From: the human T2T-CHM13v2.0 reference genome, Homo sapiens
Length of the DNA: 64,000 bases
NCBI RefSeq assembly: GCF_009914755.1
Contig: NC_060941.1
Strand: one strand, 5' to 3'
Positions 58,541 through 64,000 of the stretch are shown here, one piece after another. Position numbers and translations under genes: made by a program. The stretch's first letter is position 1. Every line of letters starts with the position of its first letter. Under the pieces are notes generated by a model. That model saw only the letters and a list, made by a program, of their open reading frames with translations, had not been told where the DNA came from and did no database searches.

Positions 58541-58766
58541 TCACTATTTTTGTGTGCAATTCAGAAAACATTTTTCCAAATCAGCACCAATTGCTCAGAA
58601 ATATTTGGTAGGTGATTCCCCCTAGGCTGTGAAATAGCTATGAAAGAAGGACTCAATAAGCTGCTAATGAATAGTCGGGCAAGGTATACAGATGTAAAAA
58701 GAAAAACACACTTAGGGATACACAGACATGCGTGTTCTCTCCTCCATCCCCGGACTCCCTTTCATG

Positions 58767-58779
58767 TCTCTCTCTCTCT

Positions 58780-58824
<45 letters not shown>
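58767..58824. repeat. (TC)6-(AC)22 compound microsatellite
   Basis: direct reading. Confidence 0.97.
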
Positions 58825-58826
<2 letters not shown>

Positions 58827-59805
58827 CTTTTCCAGATATCCCTCAGCTAGAGCTTTGCAAACAATATGTCATGGTAAGCACACTCCTAACGTAGTTCCTC
58901 CAGGGATGATCTCTGAGCCAATATGGAGGAAGATATTGTACTCAGTATTTTCCTTGAAAAGCCTGTGGTTGCTTGGAATGAAGAAAGCCTGTAATAAAAT
59001 GTGCAAAAATTAATAAAGTAACTATTATTACTGTGGAAGTGAAGTACAAGAAACAATGTCCTAGTTAATTTATTCGTGACCTTGAATTTATATTTTCCTG
59101 ATTTTGTTACACACTGAATCAATTCTTTATGCAGTGAAAGTGGAAATACATATGAAACTCATAGCTCCCACTTCCTACTCCTGGTTTATAAAATAAGTTT
59201 ATTTTTCTGTTAATGAAATCTGACTCTAAGGCTACACTCCCTATTGAGAGACTACATTCCTCCCTATGCTAGAATGATCTTTTCTGTGATCACCTCTGTA
59301 TCCAAAATGGTTGGGAAAATTAAATAAGCTTCTGTAGGGAAAATGCTTAGACTAATGTCTAGCTTTATTCTAATAGAATAGAAAGCCCTCAATAAAAAGT
59401 ATTTATTATTATTATTCCTACCATCAATATCATTCCTTGCCTGTTGGACTCAGAATTTGGTGAGCCAACCTGAGGCCAAGGATGTCACGTGCATAGTAGC
59501 TGTTGAAGCTGCTCACAAATATTCCAGCTCCTTTTCCTTCCTGGCATCAGTAGAACTGACTTATGCAACCACCGTGGTTGTGTGGAAGAACTACATGACA
59601 AGTTCTAGCCAATGGGTTGTGAGTGGAAGCAATGAGTGTTACCTCCAGGCACTAATGCAGGACCCTCCAGTGCTCTATTTTCACTCTGCCACGCAATGTC
59701 TCAAATAATGGTTGTAGCTTGTATCTCAGTCCTCAAGTGAGAACAATGATGAGATGGAGCACCAACCTGCAATGGGTATGTAGTATGAACAAGAAACAAA
59801 TCTTT

Positions 59806-60514
<709 letters not shown>

Positions 60515-62585
60515 TCAAGTCACTGGTATTTGGATTTTTTGTAACTGACCCACTCCAGCCTATGCTGACTGACACATACCAGTAACTTGGTTATCTAAGA
60601 ACAAGCTACTGCATTACAAGTGCACTGCCAAAGCAGGAGGCCCGGCCTGATATTCCAAAAGATTCTTCACCAGTGGATGTTCCTGCCACAGCATTTCACA
60701 AAGTTTTGTTTTCCAGAAAATGTGGGGGAAGGGAAAACAAGGAAGGGTCCCTTATGCTCACCTATGAGCTCCCAATGTTATGGTCATTTCTGGCCAATAC
60801 TCCCTTGATGATAAGATGGCCCCACCATCAGACACATGCTTCATCCTCAAGTGACAATTGAGAGCCTGATACCAATCACACCCTTTCTCTATCACCATGA
60901 CATTTTGGTATCTTTTTCTACCTACTGGTCTCAGGGCATACTATCTCCATCAGAGATTTTCAAATAATGTTTAGCATCAAAAGGGAAAGAGAAAGGGAGT
61001 TTCCAGGCCTGTAAAAACTTGTCTCCTTATGCAAATATGCTCCACCCTGCCCCGTAATGTTTACATTTTCTATAGCAAGAATTATGGAATGGATGGCTTC
61101 GTCATGCCCAAAACTTCCTCCCAATTTCCACACATCAGGCACCTTGACCATTCTCCTGTCCCTTCATAACAGTGAGTAGAATCTTTTGTTGACCATTTCT
61201 CAGGACCTTCACCATTTTCTGTCTTCAGGCCTGTCTCCAACTGTGAGAGGTTTTTTAATATCTGGGATTTAAATACTCCTCCTTTCTCTACCCCAAATGC
61301 CTGTACAATGTCTGGCTTATGGGGTCTCACCTCTGAAGACCCAGCTCAGGTATCACATGCTAATGAAAGTAAGATGCTACCTCCCATCTACCACCAACTA
61401 TGGTAGAGACAGCCATTCACTCTTTCAGGTCCTCGACCCCCACCCATCCTGACAAACATTCACAACTGGCTGTCTTCTCCTTATAGACTACCTCCCCTAC
61501 TAGGTTGGGTTCTCCTGGAAAATAGGACTTTTGTTGATTTTTGTTTATTTTCTTCATAGACCCAACAACTAATGAATCTCCTGATCTATCCTTTCAGATC
61601 CTTAATGTATGTTTGTTCAACTGTCAAATGAATATACAGCATATATGTTCACAAAAATTCACACATCTAGTTAAAAACTCAAAGTTTAAAGTATGATTTG
61701 AGCTGTAGTAAGAAGGATAAGTAAGAAAGACTTTTACAAGGAAAAAAAGGAAGCACAGACAAATAAATACAGGGGTATGAATCCATCTCTGTCTACTGTT
61801 AAGACTGTTAAGCTGTGGGCCTTACAGTTTCAGATGGACACTTTAAAGTTTCTAGTTTTGGCCTGTCCAGACCACAAGACAAATACGATGGCACATTATT
61901 CCTGTGAGTTCACCCTTGCATCACCCCAAGAGTGAGCGCCTCCTTAAATTTTCCACCCTGGCAGCTGCACTGGCCTTAGGCTGCCCTTGAGAGAATGCCT
62001 CAACCTTGAATTGATGGTTGTTAAATACTTAAATATTTTAAAACCTAATGTGTTCGATGAGGTCCCTTCTCCTTCCGGTATGACCATGCCAATTACAGGC
62101 ATGTTCTGTGTATAATGTGTCTCATTTTGACATACCAGGCAGCAATGTGGATATGCTTGGAATCATTCTTGACTCTTCCCCCCTCCTCTCATATAACTAG
62201 CCGAGTGGTGGTGAGACATCCTCCATCCTGCTTTTCTAGGAAAGGGTGAAGTTAGGGGGAGCAGAACAGGAGAGGGAGAGCACGGCAGATGCTGTGGGGT
62301 GACAGTAACTGGCTGACTGATCTGTGAACACATGTGAAAGACCCTCGGGTATTCTCTAACTGGTTGAGACTTGGAAACAACGAGCAGGTGGAAATAGAGT
62401 CAGAGCAATTTAAATACTTACAACGCATCTATATCCACAGGGTGGTGGGGCCTGGGGCACCTGGTTTCTTACATTTTCAGCATCACTTCTCGCTCCTCCA
62501 ACACAAACACCCGTCCCCCCCCACCACCATGCCAATAGGTCTTTTCTCTAATCTTGAGAACACCCAATTCATTTCCACCTGTACT

Positions 62586-62889
62586 CTTCCCCCACTCCCC
62601 ACCCCCCGAGATGGAGTCTTGCTCTGTCACCCAGGCTGGAGTGAAGTGGTGCGGTCTTGGCTCACTGCAACCTCCGCCTCCCTGGTTCAAGCAATTCTCC
62701 TGCCTCAGCCTCCTCGAGGAGCTGAGATTACAGGTGCACGCCACCATGCCCAGCTAATTTTTGTATTTTTAGTAGAGATGGGGTTTCACCATGTTGGCCA
62801 GGCTGGTCTCCAACTCCTGACCTCCTGATTCCGCCCACCTTGGCCTCCCAAAGTGCTGGGATTACAGGCATGAGCCACCACGCCTAGCC
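62586..62889 (-). mobile_element. AluSg-like with a G-rich tail
   Basis: Full dimer 62608-62889; TSD tccacctgtact (62574-85; 62890-901). Confidence 0.93.
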
Positions 62890-63785
62890 TCCACCTGTAC
62901 TATTTGGCTCATACTGTCCAACTATCTATACAGCCTTTCCCTTCTCCGGTGCTTATTGTATCTTACCTTAGCAATCCTTCAAGGCCCACTCCTATTTGCT
63001 ATATTTTTTTTCAACCAATCCCTGCCTCTGCTCTCAACATCTGCCACACTGTATTATCATCCACGTAGACATTTAATTGCATGCTGTCTCATATCATTAT
63101 TTCAGCGTTTCCCAAGTATTTATCTTGCCTGCCTAACTTGATTGTCTTCCCTCTGAGTTCAGGGGCTTGGTCATGAATATCTGCTGTTTTTTCTGTATGA
63201 GCCTTTATGCTTCCACAGACAGTAGAAGTTTTTGATACTTATTCGATGGGTAGATGAAGAGATAGAACGTAAATGTGGTGTTTGCACACTTCCTTGTATA
63301 TAATTCTGCCATAATGGTATCACTGATTTCTCATTATAACTCAAGTAGTTTTGCTAGATTGGAGATAGACTTTTCTGATGTGTTCATGCTCTTACTCCAT
63401 CACTGGGAAGGTATACAGTAGAGGGAAAATGCAAGTATACTGCCTACATAATCTTCAGGAAGTCAAGAGCTATCACTTCATCCAGTTTGCCACACCAGAA
63501 AGAGGGAAATAATAGCGGTGGGAGTGACAGTAATGATTAAGAGGCATTGTGGTCACTTCACACCATCCATAGGCTGTCTTTTTTTTTTTTTCTTTAGCTC
63601 CCCTCAAAGCACATGGACTAATAGAGTAACACAAACGAATTGGCATAATTCCTTCTCCTGCTATTGTTACTAGTTCAAGTGTGGGCACTTGCCCCAACTT
63701 GAGGCCAAGAGTATAGGGAGGATGTTTACTTGCTGCTTCTGGGAAGAAGCACTTTTACTAAATGAGACTTTCCCAAAGCTTTACT

Positions 63786-64000
63786 TTTTTTTTTTTTTCT
63801 TTTTGAGGCAGGTTCTCACACTATCCCCAAGGCTGGAGTGCAGTTGGGATCTCAGCTCACTGCAACCTCCGCCTCCCAGGCTCAAGTGATTTTCGTGCCT
63901 CAGCCTCCTGAGTAGCCGGGACTGCAGGCGTGAGCCACCACGCCTGGCTAATTTTTGTATTTTTTAGTAGAGACGGAGTTACACCATGTTGCCCAGGCTG
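63786..64000 (-). mobile_element. Alu (J/Sz-like), cut by the window end
   Basis: T tail, right arm and linker. Confidence 0.92.

Overview
Primate (human-like) non-coding genomic DNA, intergenic or deep-intronic: AT-rich, CpG-depleted, with no CpG island, no recognisable protein-coding exon, no tRNA/rRNA and no CRISPR or other prokaryotic system. A large fraction is interspersed repeat: about 16 Alu-family SINEs, old and young L1s, many MIR/L2 remnants, one L3/CR1, solo LTRs (MLT1, MLT2 x2, MER21, MER51, MER50, MSTB, THE1D, LTR33-like) and DNA transposons (Tigger2a, MER1B, MER20 x2, MER5). Nearly all supplied ORFs are repeat-derived or chance. I did not find a convincing new biological system. 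The best leads are: (1) a twin-primed L1PA insertion with an extremely short non-inverted end, which creates a 340-codon chimeric ORF carrying the ORF2 C-terminal CCHC domain; (2) a repeat-free candidate exon (28549-28654) with good splice signals and a 35-codon ATG-initiated open frame; (3) several perfect fold-back or templated-duplication scars, some building dense homeodomain-site clusters; (4) non-B DNA or enhancer-prone microsatellites. Repeat family names come from my recall of consensus sequences, not a RepeatMasker run; boundaries of old elements are approximate. The locus could not be identified.
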